A stretch of DNA of 32,275 nt. Origin: a virus (Duplodnaviria; Caudoviricetes). The stretch is taken from positions 1 through 32,275 of IMG/VR virus record IMGVR_UViG_3300021560_000047. One strand, given 5' to 3'. Made by a program: the position numbers and the translations under genes. Every line of letters starts with the position of its first letter. The first letter of the stretch is position 1. Shown piece by piece: positions 17,524 to 25,911 of this stretch. The notes below the pieces were generated by a model. That model was not told where the DNA came from, searched no databases, and was given only the letters and a program-made list of their open reading frames with translations.

Positions 17524-18369
17524 CTACCTTCGTGAGCGACGCCGGGCAGGGATCAGCCATTCGCCCTTGCCCAAAGCCGCAGCCGGGCCGGTGAGCTGAG
17601 CTGGCGCGCCGGTGATCACATACTGACCGGCCGCCGCCGGCAAAATGCCGGCCAGCAGATGCGTCAGATTCGCCGGCATGCCGGTCAGCGCATAAGAGCC
17701 GGCGGCGGCGAAGACGTGATGCGTTTGCAGCAGCGCCGCCGCACTGCCGCTGATCGCGTAATTGCCGGGCGCGGCGAAAACGTGATGCGTTTGCAGCAGC
17801 GCCGCCGCACTGCCGCTGATCGTGTAGCTGCCGGCGCTGGCAAGAACCTTATGGGTTTCAGCAAGCAGCGCCGCACTGCCGCTGATCGTGTAGCTGCCGG
17901 CCGCCGCCGCCAGCACAAACGTGCCGACCGGCGTAAAGACCAGATTGGCGGCGGCCCCGGTCAGCGCATAGCTGCCGGCGCTAGCGAGAACCTTATGGGT
18001 TTCAGCAAGCAGCGCCGCACTGCCGCTGATCGTATAGCTGCCGGCGCTGGCGAGAACCTTATGGGTTTCAGCAAGCAGCGCCGCGTTGCCGCTGATCGTA
18101 TAGCTGCCGGCGCTGGCGAGAACCTTATGGGTTTCGGCAAGCAGCGCCGCACTGCCGGTGATCGTATAGCTGCCGGCGCTGGCGAGAACCTTATGGGTTT
18201 CGGCAAGCAGCGCCGCACTGCCGGTGATCGTATAGCTGCCGGGCGCAGCGAGAAGATGTTGCGAGAGCTGCGCCGCACTGCCGGTGATCGTGTAGCTGCC
18301 GGCCGCGGCGCCGAGCGCGAGCTGTCGCAGCGCCGGCAGCTCACTGATCAGGCCATATTGGATGTACAT
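17524..18369 (-). CDS. Repeat-rich fibrous structural protein (22-aa repeats)
   Basis: 281 aa with ~11 copies or variants of LASAGSYTI(T/S)GSAALLAETHKV. It has no Cys and a basic C-terminus (GEWLIPARRRSRR). Confidence 0.8.
   Translation of the reverse strand: MYIQYGLISELPALRQLALGAAAGSYTITGSAAQLSQHLLAAPGSYTITGSAALLAETHKVLASAGSYTITGSAALLAETHKVLASAGSYTISGNAALLAETHKVLASAGSYTISGSAALLAETHKVLASAGSYALTGAAANLVFTPVGTFVLAAAAGSYTISGSAALLAETHKVLASAGSYTISGSAAALLQTHHVFAAPGNYAISGSAAALLQTHHVFAAAGSYALTGMPANLTHLLAGILPAAAGQYVITGAPAQLTGPAAALGKGEWLIPARRRSRR
17690..18310. repeat. Intragenic 66-bp tandem repeat
   Basis: GAGAACCTTATGGG occurs at 17986, 18052, 18118 and 18184 (period 66), with further degenerate copies on both sides. 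Confidence 0.92.
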
Positions 18370-18385
18370 GGTTAACTAGAGTTGA

Positions 18386-18718
18386 CTAGATACGTAACAG
18401 CTTCCAGGGAAAAGTCCTGCCGGTTCCCGCTGTTTGATTAATGGTGCACGTCAGCGATTGATCGGACGCGATCGGCGGCGAGATTTTGATGGGATTGAGC
18501 TGCACATGCTGATAGGCGCCCTTCCACACCTGTCGCGTCGTGCCTGCCGCCAGGGTCATCGTCTTGAGCCGTAATTCGACAATGTCGCCAGCAGCCATGG
18601 CGTTGCAATCGACCACCAGAACGAAGGTGGCATTGTTGGTGTCCGCAGAGCCGAGCGTTGTTTCACTACTGATGGTCAACGCCGCCGTGGTGCCGCTCTG
18701 CGACAAGGTCCAGGTCAT
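18386..18718 (-). CDS. Small beta-rich phage structural protein (110 aa)
   Basis: The start MTWTLSQSG at 18718 overlaps the upstream stop (ATGA), so it is shortened from track ORF 18386..18859. Confidence 0.72.
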   Translation of the reverse strand: MTWTLSQSGTTAALTISSETTLGSADTNNATFVLVVDCNAMAAGDIVELRLKTMTLAAGTTRQVWKGAYQHVQLNPIKISPPIASDQSLTCTINQTAGTGRTFPWKLLRI

Positions 18719-19509
18719 TGATAGGCACCATAGACCGTCAGCCCGAGCGTGGTCGAAGCGCCGCCAGACGAGCGTGCCGACAATCTGGTTGCCGCTGGAA
18801 TGGCAATCGGGAAAAACGGCGTTTCGCCCTCTTGGGCCTGCGTTAACCAAGTCCCCCAATTCGGCACGATAATTTGCTCGGAACCGGAGGCGCCAACGGC
18901 AATATCGGTATTCGAATAATTGGCGTTGGCGGTGGAGTTTTGCGAATCAACATAGCCGAACAGACCGATGTAATCGCGCGCGGTGGAAGCAATCAATTGC
19001 GCATACGAGCCTTTGGTGCCAGCGGGCGAGCCTTGCGTCAGCGTGGTGCCAAGTGTGGTGCCGCTGGTCCACCCGATGGCATCGAAGCCAGCAATGCCTT
19101 CGATTTGCGTAAAGCCGGCGTCGAACGTCCACATATTGACAAACGTGCTGCCGGCCGCCGACGCCTGCGACCGAACGGCGATTCGCGTGCCCTGCGGGAT
19201 CGACAACGGAAAGCTATAAAAAGCGCTGCCGATCTTAATCGTCGTGCCGCTCGGCGTATAACCCTGAAGCATCAAGTTGGGAACGATCACCAGTTCGGAC
19301 CCGGCCGCGCCGACGGCAATGTCAATCGCTTGGCTTGCCGCAACATTGGTGATGAAGGCGACGCACATCCAGCAGGTATCGGCCGCAGTCGAAGCGATGA
19401 TTTGCGTGTAAGCGCTTTTGGAGCCAACGCTGGCGGTAAAACTGATATTGCCGGCGGTGAGGCTTTGACCGTTGCACAGATCGAGCCCGATTGGCAAACC
19501 ACCAGGCAT
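18715..19509 (-). CDS. Phage structural protein with internal two-fold domain duplication (264 aa)
   Basis: The two halves align: GSKSAYTQIIASTA...IDIAVGAAGSELVIVPN...FPLSIPQGTRIAVRS versus GTKGSYAQLIASTA...TDIAVGASGSEQIIVPN...FPIAIPAATRLSARS. Confidence 0.8.
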   Translation of the reverse strand: MPGGLPIGLDLCNGQSLTAGNISFTASVGSKSAYTQIIASTAADTCWMCVAFITNVAASQAIDIAVGAAGSELVIVPNLMLQGYTPSGTTIKIGSAFYSFPLSIPQGTRIAVRSQASAAGSTFVNMWTFDAGFTQIEGIAGFDAIGWTSGTTLGTTLTQGSPAGTKGSYAQLIASTARDYIGLFGYVDSQNSTANANYSNTDIAVGASGSEQIIVPNWGTWLTQAQEGETPFFPIAIPAATRLSARSSGGASTTLGLTVYGAYQ

Positions 19510-19512
19510 GCG

Positions 19513-19821
19513 TTAACCGTTATCCAACGCCGTGATCGAGCCTTGGTTGGCGCTGAGAAACGATTGCAGTGCGGTATCAAGATTGCCCAGCGCATAGGCC
19601 CAGGCCGCGCCCTGTTCGCCCGGCGTCGCGCTCGCCACCACACCGAAATTATTGCCACGGCCTTCCAGCGCCGCGGCGGTCGGCGTCGTCGCGCCGCTCT
19701 GCGCCTGCGCCTGCGCCTGATTGGCGCGGTGAATATCGTCAATCACCGTCAACAACTGATCGACCGCGGTATTCACCATGCCGCCAAATGGCGTCGAGCC
19801 ATCAACTACAATCGCCGTCAT
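19513..19821 (-). CDS. Hypothetical helical phage protein (102 aa)
   Basis: The start MTAIVVDG at 19821 overlaps the upstream stop (ATGA). Confidence 0.65.
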   Translation of the reverse strand: MTAIVVDGSTPFGGMVNTAVDQLLTVIDDIHRANQAQAQAQSGATTPTAAALEGRGNNFGVVASATPGEQGAAWAYALGNLDTALQSFLSANQGSITALDNG

Positions 19822-20186
19822 GGAATCGCCTTTGCTTGCAGCGAATAACCTTGGGCTTGCATTAAATAGCTTTGCGCCGCCACCGTCTGGCCCTTGGCTT
19901 GCGCCGCGGTCGCCTTCCGCTGACAAATTTGGCTGGCATTGCCGAGCACCGCCGCCAGCGCATCGTTGGACGCGGGCGGATGAACGCTAATCACGCTATG
20001 CGTCACCGCATCCCAGCTATGGCTACTATCGAGCGGCGGCAGACCATCAACGGCCGCATAACCTTGAGCGGCGAGCGCGGCATTGGACGCCAGCAAGCCT
20101 TGGCTCTGCGCCTGCGCTATAGTGATATTCTCGGGGATTTGCGATACCAGCGCGCCCGTGCTGGTCTGATAGACATAAATCGCCAT
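19818..20186 (-). CDS. Hypothetical protein, possibly fibre-assembly chaperone-like (122 aa)
   Basis: The MAIYVYQTSTGALVS...WDAVTHSV pattern is reminiscent of tail-fibre assembly proteins. It is coupled to both neighbours. Confidence 0.6.
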   Translation of the reverse strand: MAIYVYQTSTGALVSQIPENITIAQAQSQGLLASNAALAAQGYAAVDGLPPLDSSHSWDAVTHSVISVHPPASNDALAAVLGNASQICQRKATAAQAKGQTVAAQSYLMQAQGYSLQAKAIP

Positions 20187-20201
20187 CACTCACACCATCA
20201 G

Positions 20202-20636
20202 CTACGCCAGCGTAAACAATGTCCCGGTCGGGCTCGCCGAGTTCGGGTCCACCTCGAATTTCTCGCCCGTTGCCAACGTGATTGACGATCCGTAATCAAA
20301 CCAACAAATCAGTGTTTTGGTGCTGGCCGGCGTTGAATCGTAAAACACCGCATAGCGAAACGGTCCCATCGAACCGGTCGCTGTCCAGCTCACGCTCGCC
20401 GCAGTGGCGGTTTCGGTGCCGGACGAATTGGCCAGTGTGATCGCGCTGGTCGCACCGCCCGTGGTGTAACCGTTGCCGCTGGCGAGCTCGGTGCCGGAAA
20501 TATCGCTATAAATATGATTGGTGGCGACCGGCGCGGTGTTGGTCAGCATGCACTTGATAGTGTCACTGCTGAAATTCAGCACCGCCTTTACCACGTCGTC
20601 GGTGAAGAGATTAAATTTATTGTACGTCGAGGCCAT
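20202..20636 (-). CDS. Conserved phage structural protein (144 aa)
   Basis: Start MASTYNKF at 20636. The SDTIKCMLTNTAP...ELASGNGYTTGG...WTATGSMGPFRYAVFYD...LICWFDYGSSITLATGE pattern matches a widespread phage virion protein type. Confidence 0.8.
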   Translation of the reverse strand: MASTYNKFNLFTDDVVKAVLNFSSDTIKCMLTNTAPVATNHIYSDISGTELASGNGYTTGGATSAITLANSSGTETATAASVSWTATGSMGPFRYAVFYDSTPASTKTLICWFDYGSSITLATGEKFEVDPNSASPTGTLFTLA

Positions 20637-20640
20637 GGCT

Positions 20641-21138
20641 TTAGCCCGCCAGACGCTGCCGCAAGCCGTCGAGGTCGCGCCGCGTCTGCAGCAGCGCGTT
20701 ATGCGCGCTGTCACGCTCGCCGGTCAGGCGCCGCAGCTCGGCGGTCAGCGCGGCAATTTGCTCGTCAAGCGATTTTTTGCTGCGCTCGGCTTCGGCGATA
20801 CCGCTCGCCAATTGCCGGTTTTGGCCTTCGGCCGCGGCAGTAGCATCGATCAGTCTTTGCTGCGCCTTGCGCTCGCCGTCGGCGACCATCATCGCCACGG
20901 TTTTTTTGGCTTCGTCGGTCAGCGCAGCAGCGCGCTGCTGCGCATCGTCGATGAGCTTTTTTGCTTGCTGCTGTGCCTTGTCGATATCGGCCTTGGCGGC
21001 GGCGACGCGGTTTTCCCAGCCCTTGACCGCAAGCAGTTTGTCATTGGCATCTTTCAGCACTTGCGCGGCATGCAGAAACCCCGGAAACATTTCCGCAAAT
21101 CTTTTAGCACTGTCGAACGTCTCTTCCTCAGGGCTCAT
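20641..21138 (-). CDS. Coiled-coil protein (~165 aa)
   Basis: Long Ala/Gln/Glu/Lys heptad-rich helix. RBS GAGG lies 6 nt before the ATG at 21138. Confidence 0.72.
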   Translation of the reverse strand: MSPEEETFDSAKRFAEMFPGFLHAAQVLKDANDKLLAVKGWENRVAAAKADIDKAQQQAKKLIDDAQQRAAALTDEAKKTVAMMVADGERKAQQRLIDATAAAEGQNRQLASGIAEAERSKKSLDEQIAALTAELRRLTGERDSAHNALLQTRRDLDGLRQRLAG

Positions 21139-21146
21139 CATCCACC

Positions 21147-21524
21147 TCACGTCTGCGGCGTGGTACGCCGCATCAACATCGACACATTAAGCGAAGTCGT
21201 GCCGTCGCCGGCGCTGACGCGCGGGCGAAAGTAGCGCGGCACTTCGGTGATGACTTTCATGGCGCCGGCGGTCAGCGACAACGGATTGCCGTTGGAGTCG
21301 CTCAAAGTGATGTAGTTGCTGCCATCATTTGAACCTTCGATCAAACACGTACCGCCGGTGCCAAACGTGCCGGCGAGCTGGAGACTGCGGTCAGCGTAGT
21401 TCCAGAACATAAAATCCGGCGCCGCGCCGACATCGCCGTTTTGCATCGGCCCCCATTGCAGCAACCAGGCCGGCGGGTCGCCGGGCTCAGGCAGGGCGAT
21501 CATGAGCGGTGCAACAGTCGCCAT
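21147..21524 (-). CDS. Small jelly-roll-like phage structural protein (125 aa)
   Basis: Start MATVAPLMIA at 21524 (TGATG overlap). The SLQLAGTFGTGGTCLIEGSNDGSNY...PRYFRPRV pattern is common in phage spike-base/decoration proteins. Confidence 0.75.
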   Translation of the reverse strand: MATVAPLMIALPEPGDPPAWLLQWGPMQNGDVGAAPDFMFWNYADRSLQLAGTFGTGGTCLIEGSNDGSNYITLSDSNGNPLSLTAGAMKVITEVPRYFRPRVSAGDGTTSLNVSMLMRRTTPQT

Positions 21525-21528
21525 CAGA
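21495..21528. repeat. 34-bp direct repeat, copy 1 (flanks the tailspike gene)
   Basis: GGCGATCATGAGCGGTGCAACAGTCGCCATCAGA is 33/34 identical to 23879..23912. Confidence 0.92.
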
Positions 21529-23866
21529 GACTCTGTAGATCGGCAGTCCAATGAACAGCGAGCGTATCGCCAATAGCGTCGCCCGAGACGAGAGTGCAAG
21601 TGAGCGTAAAACCAGTATTGCCGATATTGCTGGCGGCCGCCGCGCCGCTATCGCGAGCCTTGGTGACGTTGTAGCAATTGGCGGTTGCGGCATTGGTTGA
21701 ATAGAAAGTCATTGCCGGCGCGACCGTACCACCCGGACGGAAAAAATCTCGCGGAAATCGAACGTACGTAACGATACTGCCGAAAGTCGTTTGCGCATAA
21801 GGCAAAGTTATAGTCACCGCCCCAGTTTGATTTCCAACATTCTGCACTGGAGGTTGTTGGTGGAGAAATGATTTGGCGTAATAACGTTCGGCTAAGAGAA
21901 TAGCATCGGGACGTGAGCGCTGCTTAAAGGGCATCAGCGTTCCGATATAACCACGAAATCCGGCCCAGTTAAAAGTCGAACCCGTCGTATTGGTAAAGGC
22001 GAATTCGCTGCCGGTTGCCTGAAAATTCCCTGCCAGCCACTGCCCTGTCGTCGCGTTCTGAAAAGTTGTGCCGGCCTGGAACGTAAAGCCGCAATTCATA
22101 GGCGTTATGCCTTCAGTCAAAACCCAAGTTCCAGTAGTGTCGCCGGGAATGGTATAGCGAAAACGTTGCCAAGTGTTCGGCGCAGCGATGGTAAAGTTGA
22201 TTATGTAAGAACGACTGCTTGCGTTATTGCCACAGCGGAAGGCATAAACTCCGGCATTGTTGGCTTGCGCCCACCACTCGACTTGAATTGGCTGAGCGCT
22301 GGCCGTGCCAAATTGCGCCGGCCAAAAGTCCTCGCCCTCGCCCATTCGCGTCACAAGACCACTGTATTGGCCGGCTGTTGGCGTGGTATTGCCGCCAAGC
22401 GCATGGCTGGCTTGCACGGAAAAGTCGTAGGGAATTCCAGAGGCGGCGACCCGCTGATAGGATACGCGATTGCCGGTACCGCCAGCAGCACTCCATATCC
22501 ATCCATCGATGGGCGTAAATATGGTAGCAGCTGGACTAATCAAGTTACTGTAGGCGATTTGGCTAACCAGGAAATCGGCGTTTTGGTTGAGCGGCTCAGT
22601 CGGAACATAAATGGTGCATGAGGTGGTGATGCAAATGCGACCGGAGAAACCGTAAGGCTCCACCCATTGCGCCGCAACAGCGACATAGACGCGGCCCGAC
22701 ACGGTCCAGAGTGCTGCGTTATCAAAGATTTTGGCAGGCGAAGCTTGGGTTTGCGGCGACGGGACAACGCTGAGATCAATGTCATCAACCTCCATCGAGG
22801 TGATGCTGGAGGTGTTGAGAATTTTAAAATTAGAATTAGAGACCTGCGAAGCGTTGTCGGTTGAGTAGCGAAAACCTTTCAAGATCGGCGAAGCGACCGT
22901 GCCATCGAAACAGAAAGTATCAGTCGCACTCGTTGGCTCGAAGTGGGCATCCCAGATATTTTCGTTATTGCCATAATAGTTGGCAGCGAAAATGTAATAG
23001 GTGACGTTGCAGGGCGCACCAGTTGATGAGTAAATCTGATGGGCACGCAAGCGACCGGTGCCGCTGACCCAAAACGCCGGCTTGGTCGAACTATTGGTTT
23101 GATATGCACCAGTGATGAAGGTCTGGTCTTCGAAAGTCGTGGCGGTGTTTTGGGCAATGCCTTCGGGCTCAAAAGCACTGTTAATATTCCAATGATTGCT
23201 GCCATCAAGAACAACCGCATATCCATCGGCTTGATTAAGAACAGCCAAATTATCGTATTTGAAGACTTCAGAACCAAAGTTGTAGATCGCGGTGAAGGAA
23301 AAGAAGCCGTAAAACTTCATCCGCCGCATCGTATTGCTGCCCGCCGTCGTACCGGAAATAGTCACACCGAACTGAATACCGATCGTTGGACGGTTGGTAG
23401 TGTTGCCATAGATGTGCATATCCGCAAACGTCATTGACATCGCGCCAAGCGCGTCAAGACACGGCCCGCCGTTAACTTGACAGTCAATATTGCCGCCTTG
23501 GACGAAGCCGCCAGCAAAGCTCGCACCAAATGGCGTCGGACTGCTCAGCGAATGGTGGCCGGTAAAATTCAACGTTGATCTGATCAAACAAGTCCGGTTT
23601 GGCGGAAACTGAATGGTCACGGTCCATAACGGGGCTGTCGCTTGCTGGGCCCGCGCCGCCGCAATCGCGGAATTGATGGCGACCGCATCGTCGGTGACAT
23701 CGTCGCACCTTGCACCATAATCCATAACACTAAACGAATAAGTGGTGTTTTGCGCGTAGATACTGATAATAGCACCCCCAATAGTCTGCGCCACGACACC
23801 GCCGATCAGCGCGATACAAAGCATCGCCGCAATCAATAAAAATTTTCCCATCATAAATTTTCGCAT
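21524..23866 (-). CDS. Secreted-type tailspike/depolymerase: signal peptide + pectate_lyase_3-like beta-helix + C-terminal carbohydrate-binding fibre domain
   Basis: 780 aa with N-terminus MRKFMMGKFLLIAAMLCIALIGGVVA-Q. FSVMDYGARCDDVTDDAVAINSAIAAA...FPPNRTC is a beta-helix cap, and the C-terminus reads RSYIINFTIAAPNTW...GDTTGTW...ERYYAKSF. It is visibly more AT-rich than the flanks. Confidence 0.82.
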   Translation of the reverse strand: MRKFMMGKFLLIAAMLCIALIGGVVAQTIGGAIISIYAQNTTYSFSVMDYGARCDDVTDDAVAINSAIAAARAQQATAPLWTVTIQFPPNRTCLIRSTLNFTGHHSLSSPTPFGASFAGGFVQGGNIDCQVNGGPCLDALGAMSMTFADMHIYGNTTNRPTIGIQFGVTISGTTAGSNTMRRMKFYGFFSFTAIYNFGSEVFKYDNLAVLNQADGYAVVLDGSNHWNINSAFEPEGIAQNTATTFEDQTFITGAYQTNSSTKPAFWVSGTGRLRAHQIYSSTGAPCNVTYYIFAANYYGNNENIWDAHFEPTSATDTFCFDGTVASPILKGFRYSTDNASQVSNSNFKILNTSSITSMEVDDIDLSVVPSPQTQASPAKIFDNAALWTVSGRVYVAVAAQWVEPYGFSGRICITTSCTIYVPTEPLNQNADFLVSQIAYSNLISPAATIFTPIDGWIWSAAGGTGNRVSYQRVAASGIPYDFSVQASHALGGNTTPTAGQYSGLVTRMGEGEDFWPAQFGTASAQPIQVEWWAQANNAGVYAFRCGNNASSRSYIINFTIAAPNTWQRFRYTIPGDTTGTWVLTEGITPMNCGFTFQAGTTFQNATTGQWLAGNFQATGSEFAFTNTTGSTFNWAGFRGYIGTLMPFKQRSRPDAILLAERYYAKSFLHQQPPVQNVGNQTGAVTITLPYAQTTFGSIVTYVRFPRDFFRPGGTVAPAMTFYSTNAATANCYNVTKARDSGAAAASNIGNTGFTLTCTLVSGDAIGDTLAVHWTADLQSL

Positions 23867-23875
23867 ATCAATACC

Positions 23876-23908
23876 TCAGGCGATCATCAGCGGTGCAACA
23901 GTCGCCAT
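23876..23908 (-). pseudogene. 10-codon remnant (MATVAPLMIA*) of the 21147..21524 gene start, within direct repeat copy 2 (23879..23912)
   Basis: The ATG overlaps the upstream stop (TGATG), exactly as at 21524. It ends in a TGA that overlaps the GAGGT RBS of the 780-aa gene. Confidence 0.75.
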
Positions 23909-25017
23909 CAGAACGCCGCCAGCGTGGCGCGCTTTAACGTGTTTGTTGCCGTACAGATGTAAATGAAATTCGCGTCCCACTCGATCGAGCCGGTGGTGCA
24001 GGTCGCAGATGATGTTGCCGGCGTGATCAAATTGGCGACGATCGGCGCCCCGCCTGCGGTAATCGTCATCGGCGCTAGGTTGATACCATACAAACCGGTG
24101 TGATTAAGAGTAATGCCGCTATTAAATTTGCCGCGGGTAATCAGGCCGAACGAAGCGATGTTGCTATAAATGTTCACCAGATCGATGCAGCCATCATACG
24201 GTGTTGGCATCCCGACTTCTTGAATGCCGGTATCATCGACGCCGGAGTTGTTCCCGCAATCGAATTCCGTACCTATGCTTTGCTTGGGCTCGCCGCCGGC
24301 GTCACGGCGCGCCACGACATTCATACCGAAGAGTTTCCAGCGCTGATTAATAGTCGCGGCCGAACCAACCGGCGTGCAAGCACCCCCGCCCGGTTGCACA
24401 TACCAAGCCGGCACCGTCACCGAGCTGCCGTCGTTGGCCCAGCCTGAAATAATTCCCGAACAAGGCGAAGCATCATTGGTATCAATCGCCATGCCAACAC
24501 GCATATTGCTCAACTGCGTGGCGTTCAAAGGAGTTAAAGGAACAAACGTCGTCGCCGTGAACGTGCCATTGAGTGCGCCAAATTGTGCTGTTTGCGAGGT
24601 TATTGCCACCACGCCGCCGACATTGTCGCGGCCCGAAGTAGCAAAACCGTTATTATTGCCGCCGACACCACCGTTGATCGGACAATTACCGAGCTGTTGC
24701 CAAGACGTGCCAGGATAATTGGCGCCGAGGCCACCGGTTAAAACGCACAGACCGGTTACCGAACCGCCCCAACCATATAGCGCGCCATTCCACACATTGA
24801 GCGATCCGCCATTGATGCCGATAGCGTTGGCGCCAAGCGGACCACCCTGTTGCGTAGCCGCAGTATTGCTCGGGTTGGAATTGAGCGGATTATAAATAAT
24901 GCTCGGCAACACCAGAGCGACAGCGCGTTGAATGATCGCGCCGCCAAGCGTTTGCGCAACTGTGCCGCCGGCGAAAGCGGCAAACGTCAACACTATCGCG
25001 AATCCGAGCCTGCGCAT
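23908..25017 (-). CDS. Secreted-type fibre protein (369 aa)
   Basis: N-terminus MRRLGFAIVLTFAAFAGGTVA-QTLGGAII. The C-terminal TPATSSATCTTGSIEWDANFIYICTATNTLKRATL is a recurrent phage fibre module. Confidence 0.78.
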   Translation of the reverse strand: MRRLGFAIVLTFAAFAGGTVAQTLGGAIIQRAVALVLPSIIYNPLNSNPSNTAATQQGGPLGANAIGINGGSLNVWNGALYGWGGSVTGLCVLTGGLGANYPGTSWQQLGNCPINGGVGGNNNGFATSGRDNVGGVVAITSQTAQFGALNGTFTATTFVPLTPLNATQLSNMRVGMAIDTNDASPCSGIISGWANDGSSVTVPAWYVQPGGGACTPVGSAATINQRWKLFGMNVVARRDAGGEPKQSIGTEFDCGNNSGVDDTGIQEVGMPTPYDGCIDLVNIYSNIASFGLITRGKFNSGITLNHTGLYGINLAPMTITAGGAPIVANLITPATSSATCTTGSIEWDANFIYICTATNTLKRATLAAF

Positions 25018-25029
25018 GCCTTAGTTCCT

Positions 25030-25911
25030 TTAATATCTCAATTGCGCAAAACCTTGAGCACCATTGCCGCCAGCTTGGTTCGATGCTCCGCCACCACCGC
25101 CACCGCAATAACCTTGGGTTGGTGCGCCACCAGCAACGTTGGTGCCGCCTAAGCCACCAATTCCATATTGACACGGACCACCCGCACCCCCGCCGGCGGC
25201 GGCACCACTGGCATTGCCATGTCCACCACCGCCCCATGCACCAACCACCGAAGAATTGCCGCCGTTCTGGCCCGTGGTACCGTTGGAGCCACCGCCACCG
25301 GCGCCGCTGCCACCCAAAATGATATTGGCATTGTTAAAAGCAGCGCCAGAAGCGCCGCCAGCACCCACTGTTGTCGTCGATCCGCCCGTTCCTCCACTCA
25401 GCGCAATCGACGATACTGTACCACCATTGCCACCGGCACCGGCGCTTCCCGTGGTTGCCGCCACTGAAAAGTCAAAGGGTGTGCCGGTATGATTAAACAC
25501 CGGGAAAGGAATATTGGCGCCAGTGATATTAGTATGACTTGTTGGCAGGTTTCCGGAGTTGCCTACCGTGCCGCCAATGCCGCCCGGCGCTACCGTGATT
25601 GTGAGTGTGCTTAAGGGGGTCACACTCATGGCATAACCGACAGCGCAACTCCCGCCCGCCCCACCGCCACCGGCACCGCCCGTAGCAGACGCCTGACCAC
25701 CAGCACCACCTTGGCCGCCATCACAAGCATCGGCATAAATCACTGTCACCGTCGCCGGCACCGTCCAGGAATTAGCACCTGTCGTCGTGAACAAAACGCC
25801 GGCGCTGGCACCAGCGCCGCCGGCGCCAGCGCCGCCCGGACCCAACATCTGCGCCGCCGCCAGCGTCGCCAGCAGCGGCAAGCAGCACAGCGCAGCGAAC
25901 AAGCGTTTCAT
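25030..25911 (-). CDS. Secreted-type glycine-rich domain protein (293 aa)
   Basis: N-terminus MKRLFAALCCLPLLATLAAA-Q. FTTTGANSWTVPATVTVI...GGQGGAGG...GGGGAGG...VTPLSTLTITVAPGG...GGNGAQG matches the phage/bacterial glycine-rich domain. Confidence 0.8.
   Translation of the reverse strand: MKRLFAALCCLPLLATLAAAQMLGPGGAGAGGAGASAGVLFTTTGANSWTVPATVTVIYADACDGGQGGAGGQASATGGAGGGGAGGSCAVGYAMSVTPLSTLTITVAPGGIGGTVGNSGNLPTSHTNITGANIPFPVFNHTGTPFDFSVAATTGSAGAGGNGGTVSSIALSGGTGGSTTTVGAGGASGAAFNNANIILGGSGAGGGGSNGTTGQNGGNSSVVGAWGGGGHGNASGAAAGGGAGGPCQYGIGGLGGTNVAGGAPTQGYCGGGGGGASNQAGGNGAQGFAQLRY

Noticed and set aside
17690-18310. 66-bp periodic repeat as a possible CRISPR array
   Set aside because: The whole unit repeats with no unique spacers, it stays in frame inside a coding sequence, and no cas genes are present.
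5516-25017. Diversity-generating retroelement acting on the adhesin tips
   Set aside because: There is no reverse transcriptase in the window, and I found no template/variable repeat pair differing at adenines. The repeats seen are intragenic domain duplications.
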